A stretch of DNA of 44,036 bases from Gemmatimonadota bacterium (GCA_046262075.1 JBHENL010000106.1:1-44036); one strand, 5' to 3'; shown: positions 28,983 through 38,442, counted from the stretch's first letter. Translations and numbers: made by a program. Notes: generated by a model from the sequence alone, not told the origin.

Positions 28983-29126
28983 GTGGACGTCCTCGCGCTC
29001 GGCATCCTGCTGCCTCTCGTTCCGCTCTTCCTGGCCCCGCTCGTCCTCGTGGCCGCCGTGTGGATGAACCGCCGGCGCCGCGTTCACGGCGCGGGGCGTC
29101 CTCGAGCCAAACGCACCCGGAGCTGA
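28983..29126 (+). CDS. possible 47-aa single-pass membrane peptide
   Basis: Not in the ORF track (under 60 aa). GTG at 28983 is the first start after an in-frame TAA at 28971. VDVLALGILLPLVPLFLAPLVLVAAVWMNRRRRVHGAGRPRAKRTRS is one hydrophobic helix followed by an Arg/Lys-rich tail. No obvious RBS. Confidence 0.25.
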   Translation: MDVLALGILLPLVPLFLAPLVLVAAVWMNRRRRVHGAGRPRAKRTRS

Positions 29127-29175
29127 GGCTCGCGCGTGTCGGCCGATCGCCGGGACGGCGCACGCGGTGTCCTTC

Positions 29176-30738
29176 TCACGTCGTGCCCGGTGACGCCGTA
29201 CCGCTCGTCTCCTGCGCGAGACGCTCGAGCCGCCGCGCGACGCCCGGAGGAAACCGCTTCGACCCCACCAGGCTCCCCAGCAGGAGCACCGCCCGGCTGC
29301 CGTCGGCTCCCAGCACGAACGCCGGGCGTAGGAGCAGCGCCGCCGCCAGGGCCACGCCTGTGACGCCGAACGTCAGCAGGAGAAGCGGCGCGGGCGGCAG
29401 GACCTCGACCAGAGCGGAACGCACGGGCCATGCACAGGCGATGGCCAGCCCGGCGAGCGTCAGGCCCGGGAGCTGAGACCGCAGGTAGTCGCCCCAGCCG
29501 CACTCGAGCGGCCGCAGGCTCATGGCCGCCGCCAGGACGTAGTTGACCAGCACCGCGCCGAGGATGCCCACGGAGACGCCCGGGAGCCCCCAGCGCAGCC
29601 CGGCGAGGCTGCCGGCCAGCACCAGACCGGCGTAGACCGCCTCGCGCTTGCTGCGCTCGTACATGATGCCCAGCGCGCGAGCCAGCGAGTCGCCCGTCAT
29701 GTAGCCGGCGCGAAACAGAATGCCCACCGAGAGGATCTGGAAGGGCAGCACGGCGGCGTCCCAACCGGGCCCGAGGAGCACGCGCACGAGCTCCGGAGCG
29801 GTGATCACGAGGAGCGCGCTGAGCGGCGCCGTCACGAGCGCGATGATCGCGGAGCCGGTCAGGTACGTCGTTCGCAACCGTCCCGGCTGGTCCTGCATCC
29901 GCGCCATCACCGGGAAGAGTACCTTCGTCAGCACGCGCGCGAAGTAGGCGACGGGGAGCATCATCAGGCGGTACGCGCGCGTGTAGAGACCCAGCGCGCC
30001 GGCGCCCAGGACCCGGCCCACCACGAGGTAGTCGCCCTGGTTGCCGACGTAGTTGAAGACGCGCGCGAGGGTGAAGCCTCCCGCCAGCGACAGGAGCTCG
30101 CCCGCTTCCTTGCGCGCCACGAGCGGGCGGCGCGGATGCGGGCGCAGGGTGCAGACCACGGCCGAGCGGATCAGGTGCTGCCCCCAGGACCCGCCCACGA
30201 GGGCCCAGGGCCCGAAGCCCAGCGCCGCCAGGACGATCGCCGTCAGGCTGGTGCCGAGCGAGAGCGCCGCCACGTCCGCCCAGAGCAGCTTGCCGTACTC
30301 CAGCTCGCGCTCGAGCAGCGCCTGAGCGACGACCCCCAGGCTCACGAGCACGAAGTTGAAGCTGAGCGCGCGGATGATCGGGATCACGGCTTCGGTCCGG
30401 AAGAACCGCCCCATCCACGGAGCGATCCCCCATCCGACCAGCGTCATCAGGACGCCCATCGCGAGCGAGAGCGTGACCGCGACGCGGACGTGCTCGGGGC
30501 TCAGCTCCCGCCGCTGGATGAGTGCGGGGGCGACCCCCATCTGCGAGAGCAGCGCCGCGAAGCCCACGAAGACGGTGGCCATGCCGATCAGCCCGAAGTC
30601 CTCCGGGCGCAGCAGCCGCGAGAGGACCGCCAGCGTGACCACGCCGAGCACGGCCTGCACCAGCACGAACGTGTACTGAGAGGCGAGACCCAGGAAGGTG
30701 GAGCGGAGGAGCGCCCGGCGCGGGGGGGCGCTGCTCAC
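29176..30738 (-). CDS. Wzx-like polysaccharide/oligosaccharide flippase (MOP superfamily)
   Basis: Frame of ORF 29176..31773 trimmed to GTG 30738 (GTGA overlap with the GT4 stop). ..ALLRSTFLGLASQYTFVLVQAVLGVVTLAVLSRLLRPEDFGL.. About 12-14 TM segments, typical of the 'polysaccharide biosynthesis protein' family. Confidence 0.8.
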   Translation of the reverse strand: MSSAPPRRALLRSTFLGLASQYTFVLVQAVLGVVTLAVLSRLLRPEDFGLIGMATVFVGFAALLSQMGVAPALIQRRELSPEHVRVAVTLSLAMGVLMTLVGWGIAPWMGRFFRTEAVIPIIRALSFNFVLVSLGVVAQALLERELEYGKLLWADVAALSLGTSLTAIVLAALGFGPWALVGGSWGQHLIRSAVVCTLRPHPRRPLVARKEAGELLSLAGGFTLARVFNYVGNQGDYLVVGRVLGAGALGLYTRAYRLMMLPVAYFARVLTKVLFPVMARMQDQPGRLRTTYLTGSAIIALVTAPLSALLVITAPELVRVLLGPGWDAAVLPFQILSVGILFRAGYMTGDSLARALGIMYERSKREAVYAGLVLAGSLAGLRWGLPGVSVGILGAVLVNYVLAAAMSLRPLECGWGDYLRSQLPGLTLAGLAIACAWPVRSALVEVLPPAPLLLLTFGVTGVALAAALLLRPAFVLGADGSRAVLLLGSLVGSKRFPPGVARRLERLAQETSGTASPGTT

Positions 30739-31886
30739 CGAGCCGAAAGCTCCTCGTAGATCTCCTGCAGCGCATCGACCGTGCGGCGCACGTCGTAGGC
30801 TGCGCTCCGTGCGTAAGCCTGCGCGGCGAGCCGTTGCGCCAGCGGCCGGTCGTCGAGGAGCCGCACGAGCGCGCCCGAGAGGGCGGCGGGGTCTCGGGGC
30901 GGCACCAGCAGCGCGGTCGCTTCGTGACTCAGGACCTCCGCCAACCCGTCGATGCGCGTGGCGACGATCGGCCGCCCCATGGCCATCGCCTCGAAGACCG
31001 TCAGCGGCGTGCCTTCCCAGATCGACGGGAAGGCCTGGACCTCCATGACCGATTGGAGGAGCGGGATCTCCGTCGCGAACCCCGCGAAGAGGACCCGGTC
31101 GGACACGCCCAGGCGCCGGCACTCGAGGCGGTGCCGTTCCATCAGCTCCCCTTCCCCGACGAGCAGCAGCCTGGCCTCGGGGTGTCGCTCGAGGACTGCC
31201 GGCCACGCGGCGATCAGGAACTCGACGCCCTTCTGCGCGTCGAGACGCCCCACGACCCCGACGATCCGGTCCTCGGGCCGCAGCCCCCACCGCCGGCGTG
31301 CCTCGGCGACCTCTGCCTGCGACCGCGGCCGGAACTCGTCGAGAGGCGCACCATTGAATACCACGCGGATCCGATCCGGGCGCATGAAGCGGCGCCGCAC
31401 CATGAACTCGCGCGTGGACTCCGAGACGGCGATCCCGACGTCGAGGATGGGCGCCATCAGCCGGTCCACGGCCGCCTGGTAGGCCGGGACGTGCGGGAAC
31501 GCCGCATGCTCGTGCAGGACGAGCTTCACGCGCTCGAGTCGCGCGATCGGCCGGCCGTAGTTGGCGCCCACGTAGCCGTGCACGTGGAGCACGTGCGGCC
31601 GGTGCCGCCGGACGAGCCGATGCAGCGCCGTCCAGGTCGTGGGATCGAACTTCCGCTTCCCCAGGGAGATCGAGTCGACGCCTTGGGAGGCGAGGAGGCG
31701 GGCCGACTCGTCCCGTCCCTTCAGATGAACGAGCTGCACGTCGAAGCGCGCGGCATCGAACCGGGGCATCCACCAGGAGAAGAGTCGGGAGACGCCGTGC
31801 ATCCGCGAGCCGCGTACCCCGAACTTGTCGCAGACGTGCATCACGCGGATTCGCCCGTCGCCGCCGGATCCGGGACGCGCGCTCAC
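30735..31886 (-). CDS. glycosyltransferase family 4 (GT-B, retaining type)
   Basis: Frame of ORF 30735..32678 trimmed to GTG 31886 (GTGA overlap with the ST-B stop; the ATG at 31841 is an alternative). GRLDAQKG, and the E-x7-E motif EGTPLTVFEAMAMGRPIVAT. Confidence 0.85.
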   Translation of the reverse strand: MSARPGSGGDGRIRVMHVCDKFGVRGSRMHGVSRLFSWWMPRFDAARFDVQLVHLKGRDESARLLASQGVDSISLGKRKFDPTTWTALHRLVRRHRPHVLHVHGYVGANYGRPIARLERVKLVLHEHAAFPHVPAYQAAVDRLMAPILDVGIAVSESTREFMVRRRFMRPDRIRVVFNGAPLDEFRPRSQAEVAEARRRWGLRPEDRIVGVVGRLDAQKGVEFLIAAWPAVLERHPEARLLLVGEGELMERHRLECRRLGVSDRVLFAGFATEIPLLQSVMEVQAFPSIWEGTPLTVFEAMAMGRPIVATRIDGLAEVLSHEATALLVPPRDPAALSGALVRLLDDRPLAQRLAAQAYARSAAYDVRRTVDALQEIYEELSAR

Positions 31887-32818
31887 GCCACCTCCCGCCG
31901 CAGCGCGAAGCCGTAGGCCAGGAGCAGGGGCCAGGTCAGCGCCGTCACGAGCGTCCGCTGCCCGGCGGGCATGGCCTGCCGCCATTCGGTGTCCGCGCTG
32001 ACCGGCGTCCAGCCGCGCGTGAACCGCACCGGATTGCCGGCCACGAGGTGGTTCTCCGCCAGCTCGAGTCCGCCGTCGCGCAGGAAAGCCACGTCGGGTG
32101 ACGGCTCGCCGGTAGCGGAGATCACCCGCCGCAGCGCCTCGGCGGGGCGGCGCACGACGTCCTCGTAGCGCAGGCGCACGTAGCTCCGGGCACGCGACGC
32201 GAGGAGTCCGATCGCGGCGTTCTCCCGTGCCCAGTGAAACGCGCTTCGCGCCGGACTCTTCCGGGGCATGTGCTCCACCTTCCAGTGGACTTCCGGCAGG
32301 CGCTTCACACGCTGCCACGAGTGGGCGACGGCCCGGCTGTCGCGGACGACGTGCACGACGTGGAGCTCCACGTCGTGGGCGCTCGCCAGCGCGAGACCGT
32401 GCGTGGCGTACTTCGACGAGTCGACGACCAGGCGCGCTCCCGAGACGTCTGCCGCGGCGTGGAGGACACGTCCCAGCGCGTCCGCATAGGCCGCCAGCTC
32501 CCCGCGCGCCCGCTGCCCGCGGGACGCCCGCAGCAGGCGGGGCAAGGCGGCCGGGCGTGAGAGACGCTCCCGCACGGCGAGCATCGCACCCGCGTCGGGC
32601 ACGGCGCCCTCGCGGGCGAGGCGGTCGAGCACGCCACCCCAGAAGGGACAGTTCGAGAACGGCCGGAGGCAGCCGCACAGCTGGTTCTCCAGCATTCCCC
32701 GGTCCCAGAGGTAGCGCACCTCTCCGAGGGATCGGACGCCCGCGACATGGCCGAGCAAGAGGTCGAGCAGGGTGCTGCCGCTGCGGCTCCAGCTCGCGAC
32801 GAAGATCACGCGCGTCAC
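31883..32818 (-). CDS. sulfotransferase family protein (ST-B)
   Basis: 5'-PSB-like IFVASWSRSGSTLL at the extreme N-terminus, and 3'-PB-like HVVRDSRAVAHS. The GTG start at 32818 overlaps the ST-C stop (GTGA). Confidence 0.8.
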   Translation of the reverse strand: MTRVIFVASWSRSGSTLLDLLLGHVAGVRSLGEVRYLWDRGMLENQLCGCLRPFSNCPFWGGVLDRLAREGAVPDAGAMLAVRERLSRPAALPRLLRASRGQRARGELAAYADALGRVLHAAADVSGARLVVDSSKYATHGLALASAHDVELHVVHVVRDSRAVAHSWQRVKRLPEVHWKVEHMPRKSPARSAFHWARENAAIGLLASRARSYVRLRYEDVVRRPAEALRRVISATGEPSPDVAFLRDGGLELAENHLVAGNPVRFTRGWTPVSADTEWRQAMPAGQRTLVTALTWPLLLAYGFALRREVA

Positions 32819-33645
32819 GGCGACTCCGCGGGCGGGATCTCGAGCGCGGTGCCGGCGCAGAGGGGCGTCTCCGTCGGCAGGGCGGCCGGCGGCCTAAGCC
32901 GCTCGGGCTCGAGCAGGCTGTAGCCCCAGCGCCGCGCGTCGGCCTCCGAGCGACGCCCCACCCAGTGTGCGTAGGGGGCCCGCAGGGGGTTTTGCCGACG
33001 TCGTGCCCAGCGTTCGAAGTAGCGGGCGTTCGCGTCGCGGATGGGCAGGTCCGGCGTGTGCCGCGGCAGCCCCAGGAAGCGCAGCAGCTCGCGATGGATC
33101 TCCCGCGGCTCGGCCAGCCAGCACTCGTAGCGGACCACGAAGAGGCGGCGCAGCCGGGGCGCGTCTGCGCGCAGCGCCTCGTGACAGACGAACCAGTGGT
33201 CGAGGAGGCGATGGATCGGACGGTGCGACCACTTCCACGTCGCCAGCGACACCGCGAGGGGATGGCGGACGATCATGACGAACGCCGAGTCGGGGAACAA
33301 AGCCTGGAGGAAGCCCGCTCGCATGAGGTTCGGCGGTGATTTTTCCAGCAGGATCCTGCGCGAGAGGTCCCAATGCGGCGTCCACGCCGAGAGCAGACGG
33401 CGCGTCGCGTCGCGCGAGACGAGCGCGGAGTCCTCCGTCAGGTGCGCCTCCTCGTGGAACCCGAACCGGCCGGGCCCGCCCAGCGCGCGCGCCGTGGGAT
33501 AGACGTCCTGCAGGTGCTGGCCCTCGTCCTCGGGCGCACCGGTGCCGCGAAGGCCGCTCACGTCCGGATGCTCGGCCAGGACGCGGGCGAGCAGCGACGT
33601 GCCGCTCCGGTGCAGCCCGCCTACGAAGACGTATCGCGGAGACAC
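32815..33645 (-). CDS. sulfotransferase family protein (ST-C)
   Basis: Frame of ORF 32815..34230 trimmed to GTG 33645 (VSPRYVFVGGLHRSGTSLLARVL...). 5'-PSB GGLHRSGTS. The 3'-PB region deviates (MIVRHPLAVSLA). Confidence 0.75.
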   Translation of the reverse strand: MSPRYVFVGGLHRSGTSLLARVLAEHPDVSGLRGTGAPEDEGQHLQDVYPTARALGGPGRFGFHEEAHLTEDSALVSRDATRRLLSAWTPHWDLSRRILLEKSPPNLMRAGFLQALFPDSAFVMIVRHPLAVSLATWKWSHRPIHRLLDHWFVCHEALRADAPRLRRLFVVRYECWLAEPREIHRELLRFLGLPRHTPDLPIRDANARYFERWARRRQNPLRAPYAHWVGRRSEADARRWGYSLLEPERLRPPAALPTETPLCAGTALEIPPAESP

Positions 33646-33761
33646 GCGGGTCAGCGAAGCCTGAGCTCCTGCAAGGAAGTGACCCGCGGCTCGGGGTGGG
33701 CACGAGACGTCACGCGCCGGGACTGCGCGAGCAACACGCCCGGAGCGGGAAATCCCGCGGC

Positions 33762-34100
33762 CTAGGCCGGACCCTCGGTGAGACGGCTGTAGGAGCTGAA
33801 CGGGAGCAGGTCGCGGAAGCGGCGCTCCCACGTCTCGAGCTCGTGGTCGTCTCGCCGGAAACGGGGACGGCCGTCGAGATAGTAGCGCCATCCCGGCGGC
33901 GTGATGCGTACGGCCGGCGAGATGCCGCCTTCGGAGCGGCAACGCAGCATTTCGAGGAGCCCCAATCCCTGAAGCGCCACGAGCTGCCGAGTGAGCGTGA
34001 TCCGATCCGTGGAGAAGATCTGGCCCAGGCGTTCGAGCGAAACGGCGCTCGTGCTCTGGGCACATATCTCCAGGATCAGTTGGACGAAATCGGCCAACAC
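33762..34100 (-). CDS. small winged-helix (MarR-like) DNA-binding protein candidate
   Basis: 112 aa. SLERLGQIFSTDRITLTRQLVALQGLGLLE resembles the recognition helix and wing of the MarR/wHTH family. The region is locally less GC-rich. It sits upstream of, and co-directional with, ST-C/ST-B/GT4/Wzx, and is divergent from GT2. Confidence 0.45.
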   Translation of the reverse strand: MLADFVQLILEICAQSTSAVSLERLGQIFSTDRITLTRQLVALQGLGLLEMLRCRSEGGISPAVRITPPGWRYYLDGRPRFRRDDHELETWERRFRDLLPFSSYSRLTEGPA

Positions 34101-34250
34101 GTCTCTCGCGTCGGAGTGGGGTGTCCAATGTGCTCCCCCGCTTCGAGGGCCGCAAGCACGGGACGTCCTCCGGGAGTGCCGAGGAGCGGGAAGACGCGCT
34201 CCGCCGCGGGGATCGCGCGGCTCGCGCCACGGAGGTAATCTCCCTCCGCC

Positions 34251-35312
34251 ATGCAGCGACGCCCGACAGCGACTCCCGAGTCCCTACCGCCCGTCACGAT
34301 CGGCGTCGTCTCGCACAACACCGAAGCGGTGATCGGCGACTGCCTGGATTCCTTGACACGTCTCGACTATCCCCGTTACGAGCTCCTGTTCGTCGACAAC
34401 GCCTCGAGCGACGGCACCCCGCACCGAATCCGCGAGCGTTTCCCCGGAGCACGCCTGATCCGGCTTGCGAAGAACGAGGGGCCGAACCCGGCCCGGAACC
34501 TGATCCTGCGGACCGCGGCGCACCGGCACGTCCTGCTGGTCGAGGACGATGTCCTCTTCGAGCCGGGGGCGCTGCGCGGTCTCGTTGCAGCCATGACCGC
34601 TGACCCTCGATGCGGCATCGCCATGGGACGCATCCTCTTCGCGGATTCCGGCGCGATCCAGTACAGCGACATCCACCCGCACTTCCTCGGCGAGGTCACG
34701 ATCCGGAACCAGGGAAAGCCGCCGGCAGCCTGCACGTCGGCGACTCGCCCGACGACGCTCGCGCCCGGCTGCTTTCTACTCGTCGACAGAGTCAAGGCGA
34801 GCGAGATCGGCGGGTTCGACGAGTACTACGTGTTCGGCAAGGAGGACAGCGACTTCGCCTTCCGCATGACCCTGGCCGGGTACACGAACCTGGAGGTCCC
34901 CGCGACCCTGGTCCGGCACAAGGTCAAGCCGCGCGGCTTCACGCGCTCCTACCATCAGCTCCGAAACCGCTGGTACTGGATCCTGAAGCTCTTCTCGACC
35001 CGCACGCTCCTGCTGACGGCACCCGCGCTACTCGTCCACGAGCTGGTCACCCTGGCTTTCTTCGTGAGAGCGCGCCAGCTCGGGGATTATTCGAGGGCCC
35101 TCGCCGCGTTTCCCGCGAGTCTGCCCGAGGCGCTGCGCGCGCGGCGGCGCACGCTGGCTCTCAAGTGCGTGCCGGACCGGGCCGTCCTCACGGCGGAGGC
35201 CATGCAAGTGCGGAGCGATGTCCTGCGACCCGGCTCGACCGCGTGGAAGCTGAAGCGGAATTACGATGCGGGGATGGCGCTGTACTGGCGGTTGGTGCGC
35301 CGGTTGCTTTGA
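34251..35312 (+). CDS. glycosyltransferase family 2
   Basis: ITIGVVSHNTEAVIGDCLDSL..LLFVDNASSDGT..LLVEDDVLF (GT-A fold with DxD). GGAGG lies 16 nt upstream of the ATG. Confidence 0.85.
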   Translation: MQRRPTATPESLPPVTIGVVSHNTEAVIGDCLDSLTRLDYPRYELLFVDNASSDGTPHRIRERFPGARLIRLAKNEGPNPARNLILRTAAHRHVLLVEDDVLFEPGALRGLVAAMTADPRCGIAMGRILFADSGAIQYSDIHPHFLGEVTIRNQGKPPAACTSATRPTTLAPGCFLLVDRVKASEIGGFDEYYVFGKEDSDFAFRMTLAGYTNLEVPATLVRHKVKPRGFTRSYHQLRNRWYWILKLFSTRTLLLTAPALLVHELVTLAFFVRARQLGDYSRALAAFPASLPEALRARRRTLALKCVPDRAVLTAEAMQVRSDVLRPGSTAWKLKRNYDAGMALYWRLVRRLL

Positions 35313-35353
35313 CCGCCCGAGTCTCGGGCGAGCGTCCCCCGGGACTGGCGAGA

Positions 35354-36442
35354 CTACGGCGAACGCTTCGGGAGAGACCTCTTCATTCTGCCGAGGCGGC
35401 GCACGAGATTGCCGGCCGTGTGGAGGCCGTCCCCGACGTGCGATCGCAGCTCTTCCGTGCGGGTGGGGGCCGCCGCGGCGACCCCGAAGAGTCTTTCGTA
35501 CCCGAGATAGCCGAGGAGGTCTCCCGTGAGCCCCTCGAAGATCTCGATCTCGCGCGCCGTCAGCGTCTGGCGCCAGGCCTCGGCTCGCCCGCGTTGCGGC
35601 TCCCCGCCGATGAGGGCGTGATGCGCCGCGGTGTAGCGCGGGACTCGGAAACCCGTGGGGTTCCGCATCTCCGGCACGAAATCCAGCTCGAGAAAGTCGC
35701 AGAGGCTGCGTAGCGGAGCCTCCGAATCCACGAGCAGATCCTCGAAGCGCACTCTGCGGACGCGCGCTTCGCTCCAGCGGGCCTCCGCGGCGAGGCCGTA
35801 GGCCAGGTTCTTGGGCCACCAGGCGGCGGCATGTAGGATCGAGTTGGGCCCCCAATCCAGGGGAAGGACGGACGCCGCCACTCCACGTCCGTCGCGGACG
35901 AGATGGATCATCTTGGCCGTCTCGAAGCGCTCGAACAGCGTGTGGGCGTAGCGCGTATTCCCGGGCGTGTGATCCACCCACACGTCAGCCTGGGGCTTTC
36001 CGACGGCGGCGGCGTAGCCGCGCACCAGGCTCTCCAGCGTGAGGCGATACCTCTCCGGCGCTGCACCGTGGCCGGTCTCCGGCAGGTCCTCGAGATCGAC
36101 GTTCCAGAATCGATACCGCCAGTGGCGCTGGAGCGCCGCCGCGATTTCGGAGCGCGGGGGACCGCCTCCGGCCCAGGAGCACTCGCGCAGCAGCTCGATC
36201 TTGAAGGGCATCTCCGGCACACAGACGCACGCCGGGTGAGCGCCGAGCATGGCACCCAGCATCGTCGTCCCGCTCCGCGGGCAGCCCCCGATGAAGACCG
36301 CCTTCAAGGGACCTCCCGTCACCTCGGTCGGCCCGCTCGTGGAAGGCGCCGACTCGGGGTCGACGCTCTGGGCCAGGGAGCGCTCTTCATCTGGCGCGTC
36401 GGAACGACCCAGCCAGCCTCCTGCGCGCGGCGAACGCCACAT
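35354..36442 (-). CDS. sulfotransferase family protein (ST-D)
   Basis: 5'-PSB AVFIGGCPRSGTTML and 3'-PB HLVRDGRGVAAS. The start is ambiguous. The ATG at 36442 overlaps the ST-E 3' end by 56 nt. GTG 36322 (VTGGPLKAVFIGG...) gives an N-terminus like those of the paralogues. Confidence 0.75.
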   Translation of the reverse strand: MWRSPRAGGWLGRSDAPDEERSLAQSVDPESAPSTSGPTEVTGGPLKAVFIGGCPRSGTTMLGAMLGAHPACVCVPEMPFKIELLRECSWAGGGPPRSEIAAALQRHWRYRFWNVDLEDLPETGHGAAPERYRLTLESLVRGYAAAVGKPQADVWVDHTPGNTRYAHTLFERFETAKMIHLVRDGRGVAASVLPLDWGPNSILHAAAWWPKNLAYGLAAEARWSEARVRRVRFEDLLVDSEAPLRSLCDFLELDFVPEMRNPTGFRVPRYTAAHHALIGGEPQRGRAEAWRQTLTAREIEIFEGLTGDLLGYLGYERLFGVAAAAPTRTEELRSHVGDGLHTAGNLVRRLGRMKRSLPKRSP

Positions 36443-37424
36443 GGTCGAGGCTCTTGACGAGGTGCACCGGGTCCGCCGCCACGGAACGCGCCTTACGAAG
36501 TGGGGCTTCGACCCTCCGGCGGAAGAACTCCTCCATCGGCGAAAGCGTGGCCTGCGGCACCACGCGCTCATAGCCGTAGCGCTCCAGCGTGCGCCCTGCC
36601 ACGGCCTCGAAGATGCGCATCTCCCCCACGCTCATCGCCGTGCGCCACTTCTCCACGTTTCCGCGGAGCAGCGGCCGCCGCAGGTTCGCGGCGTTCACCT
36701 CCTCCCGGCGATACCGCCCCTCGTCCCGGTGGTACTCGAGCATGTCGGGGACGAACGTCTCCCCCAGGAACTCGCAGACCCGGGTCAGCTCTCGCTCCGG
36801 GTTCGCCAGCAGATCTTCGTAGCGCAGCACGAAAGCGCCGGCACTGCCACCGGCGACGTCGAGCCGCTCCACGCGCTGGACGTACGCTGCCCAGCGCCCG
36901 GCCGCGGCGTACACGCTCTTGGGGCCGAAGGATGCGCGCAGCGTGGAGAGTGCGACATCACGCCCGTCGCGGATGATGTGGACCGCCTTGGCTCCCGGAA
37001 AACACGTGCGGATCTGCCGCCAGTACCGGACGTGCTGCGGGGTCTTCTCGCCCCACCGCGCCTTGCCGCGGTCGCGTGCCCACGTTCCCAGGAGCGCGCC
37101 GACGATTCCGCCGAAATCGTGCTCGCCGATCGAGGCCAACACACGATCGCGGTCGGGCCGAGGAGACCAGAACGCCACGGGGCGCCGATGCAGCATGTCG
37201 GTGACCATGCGCTCACGGCACGCGCGGTGGCTCAGATCGCCATAGTGGTTTCGCAGCGGGTAGAAGCGGGTGAAGAGATGCGACTCGTTGGGAATCGCGA
37301 TGCGCGGATGCTGGTCCAGCATGCGTGACAGGAGCGACGTGCCCGAACGCGGGCAGCCGAACACGAAGAACGGTGGCTCCCCGGCCTCGTGCAGGGTCTG
37401 GCGAGTCGCATCGGGAGCGTTCAT
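36387..37424 (-). CDS. sulfotransferase family protein (ST-E)
   Basis: 5'-PSB FFVFGCPRSGTSLL and 3'-PB HIIRDGRDVALS. 345 aa. Confidence 0.8.
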   Translation of the reverse strand: MNAPDATRQTLHEAGEPPFFVFGCPRSGTSLLSRMLDQHPRIAIPNESHLFTRFYPLRNHYGDLSHRACRERMVTDMLHRRPVAFWSPRPDRDRVLASIGEHDFGGIVGALLGTWARDRGKARWGEKTPQHVRYWRQIRTCFPGAKAVHIIRDGRDVALSTLRASFGPKSVYAAAGRWAAYVQRVERLDVAGGSAGAFVLRYEDLLANPERELTRVCEFLGETFVPDMLEYHRDEGRYRREEVNAANLRRPLLRGNVEKWRTAMSVGEMRIFEAVAGRTLERYGYERVVPQATLSPMEEFFRRRVEAPLRKARSVAADPVHLVKSLDHVAFAARRRLAGSFRRAR

Positions 37425-37525
37425 GGACTGGAACGCAGCGTCAGGGTAGCCGCCGGCGCGTCAGCGGAGTCAGTCCGCGAGCCGAACCCAGGGATTCCCT
37501 CCGCCGACGAAACCCGAGCCCGTCC

Positions 37526-38416
37526 TCAAGGTTGGTATCCCAGCTCGAGGAGCAGGTCCTGCTGGAGCGCGGTGACGCGCTCGATCTGCTCGGGGGTGAA
37601 CCGGCTGCGCCATTTGTCGTTCCTGCTCTCGAGCCGTTCGGGGAAGCGCTCGATCACGGCGGGTCCCGCCGGCAGCTCCGCGAACGAGAACGCCCTACCC
37701 AGGACCCCGCGGCAATCACGGCAGAGGTCCTCGTAGCGGAATTCATGATAGCGCCCGTCCAGCGCGTCACGCGTGGCGCGCACGTGGCTCACGATCCTGA
37801 CCCAATCCAATGCCGCGTGCTCCAACGGATCCGCCGGTCCGCGCGGGTCCCCACCTTCCGGGGGCTTCACGAACTTCATCCCGAATTCCTCGCGCAGGCG
37901 CCACATCGACTCGGCGACCGCGCGGCCATCCCGGATCACGTGCACGAATACGGCATCCGGGAACACGGCGCGAACGAAGTCGATGCGGATTGAGTTGAAG
38001 GGCGACTTGTTGAAGAAGCGCTTGGCGTGGTGGAGCCACTGGTGGAACGCGAAGCGCGAGTGCAGCCGCTCGACCTCCTCGGGAGTGGCGTCGTGCGCCG
38101 TTCGGACGTCGCTCTTCGGCAGCCGACCCTGCAGCAGGCCCGGATCCCACACCGCGCGAGCCTCCGAGAGATTCGCGACGTCCGGATGTGCGGCGAAGAG
38201 TCGCGTCGCGATCGTGGTGCCCGATCGCGGCGAGCCGATCATGAAGATGGGCCGGTCGAGCCGCTTGCCGCGTCCGAGCGTGCGGCGCCACACCTGGTAG
38301 AGCGGATATTGGAGGGCCCACCGCGCCTGGGGCCCGAGCTCCTTTCCGCGCAGGGCGGACGGCGCGAGACGCTTGAGCGTCTCGTTCATCGCAGTCCGGC
38401 GGAAGTCGGCGCTCAT
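37526..38416 (-). CDS. sulfotransferase family protein (ST-F)
   Basis: Frame of ORF 37526..38989 trimmed to the ATG at 38416 (MSADFRRTAMNETLKRL...). 5'-PSB IFMIGSPRSGTTI and 3'-PB HVIRDGRAVAES. Confidence 0.8.
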   Translation of the reverse strand: MSADFRRTAMNETLKRLAPSALRGKELGPQARWALQYPLYQVWRRTLGRGKRLDRPIFMIGSPRSGTTIATRLFAAHPDVANLSEARAVWDPGLLQGRLPKSDVRTAHDATPEEVERLHSRFAFHQWLHHAKRFFNKSPFNSIRIDFVRAVFPDAVFVHVIRDGRAVAESMWRLREEFGMKFVKPPEGGDPRGPADPLEHAALDWVRIVSHVRATRDALDGRYHEFRYEDLCRDCRGVLGRAFSFAELPAGPAVIERFPERLESRNDKWRSRFTPEQIERVTALQQDLLLELGYQP

Positions 38417-38442
38417 CGGCTCGACCCCGGGCAGGAGTTCCG

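Noticed and set aside
36387-36390. ATGA overlap (ATG at 36390) as the ST-D start
   Set aside because: That ATG is out of frame with the ST-D ORF and opens only a short reading frame that soon hits a stop.
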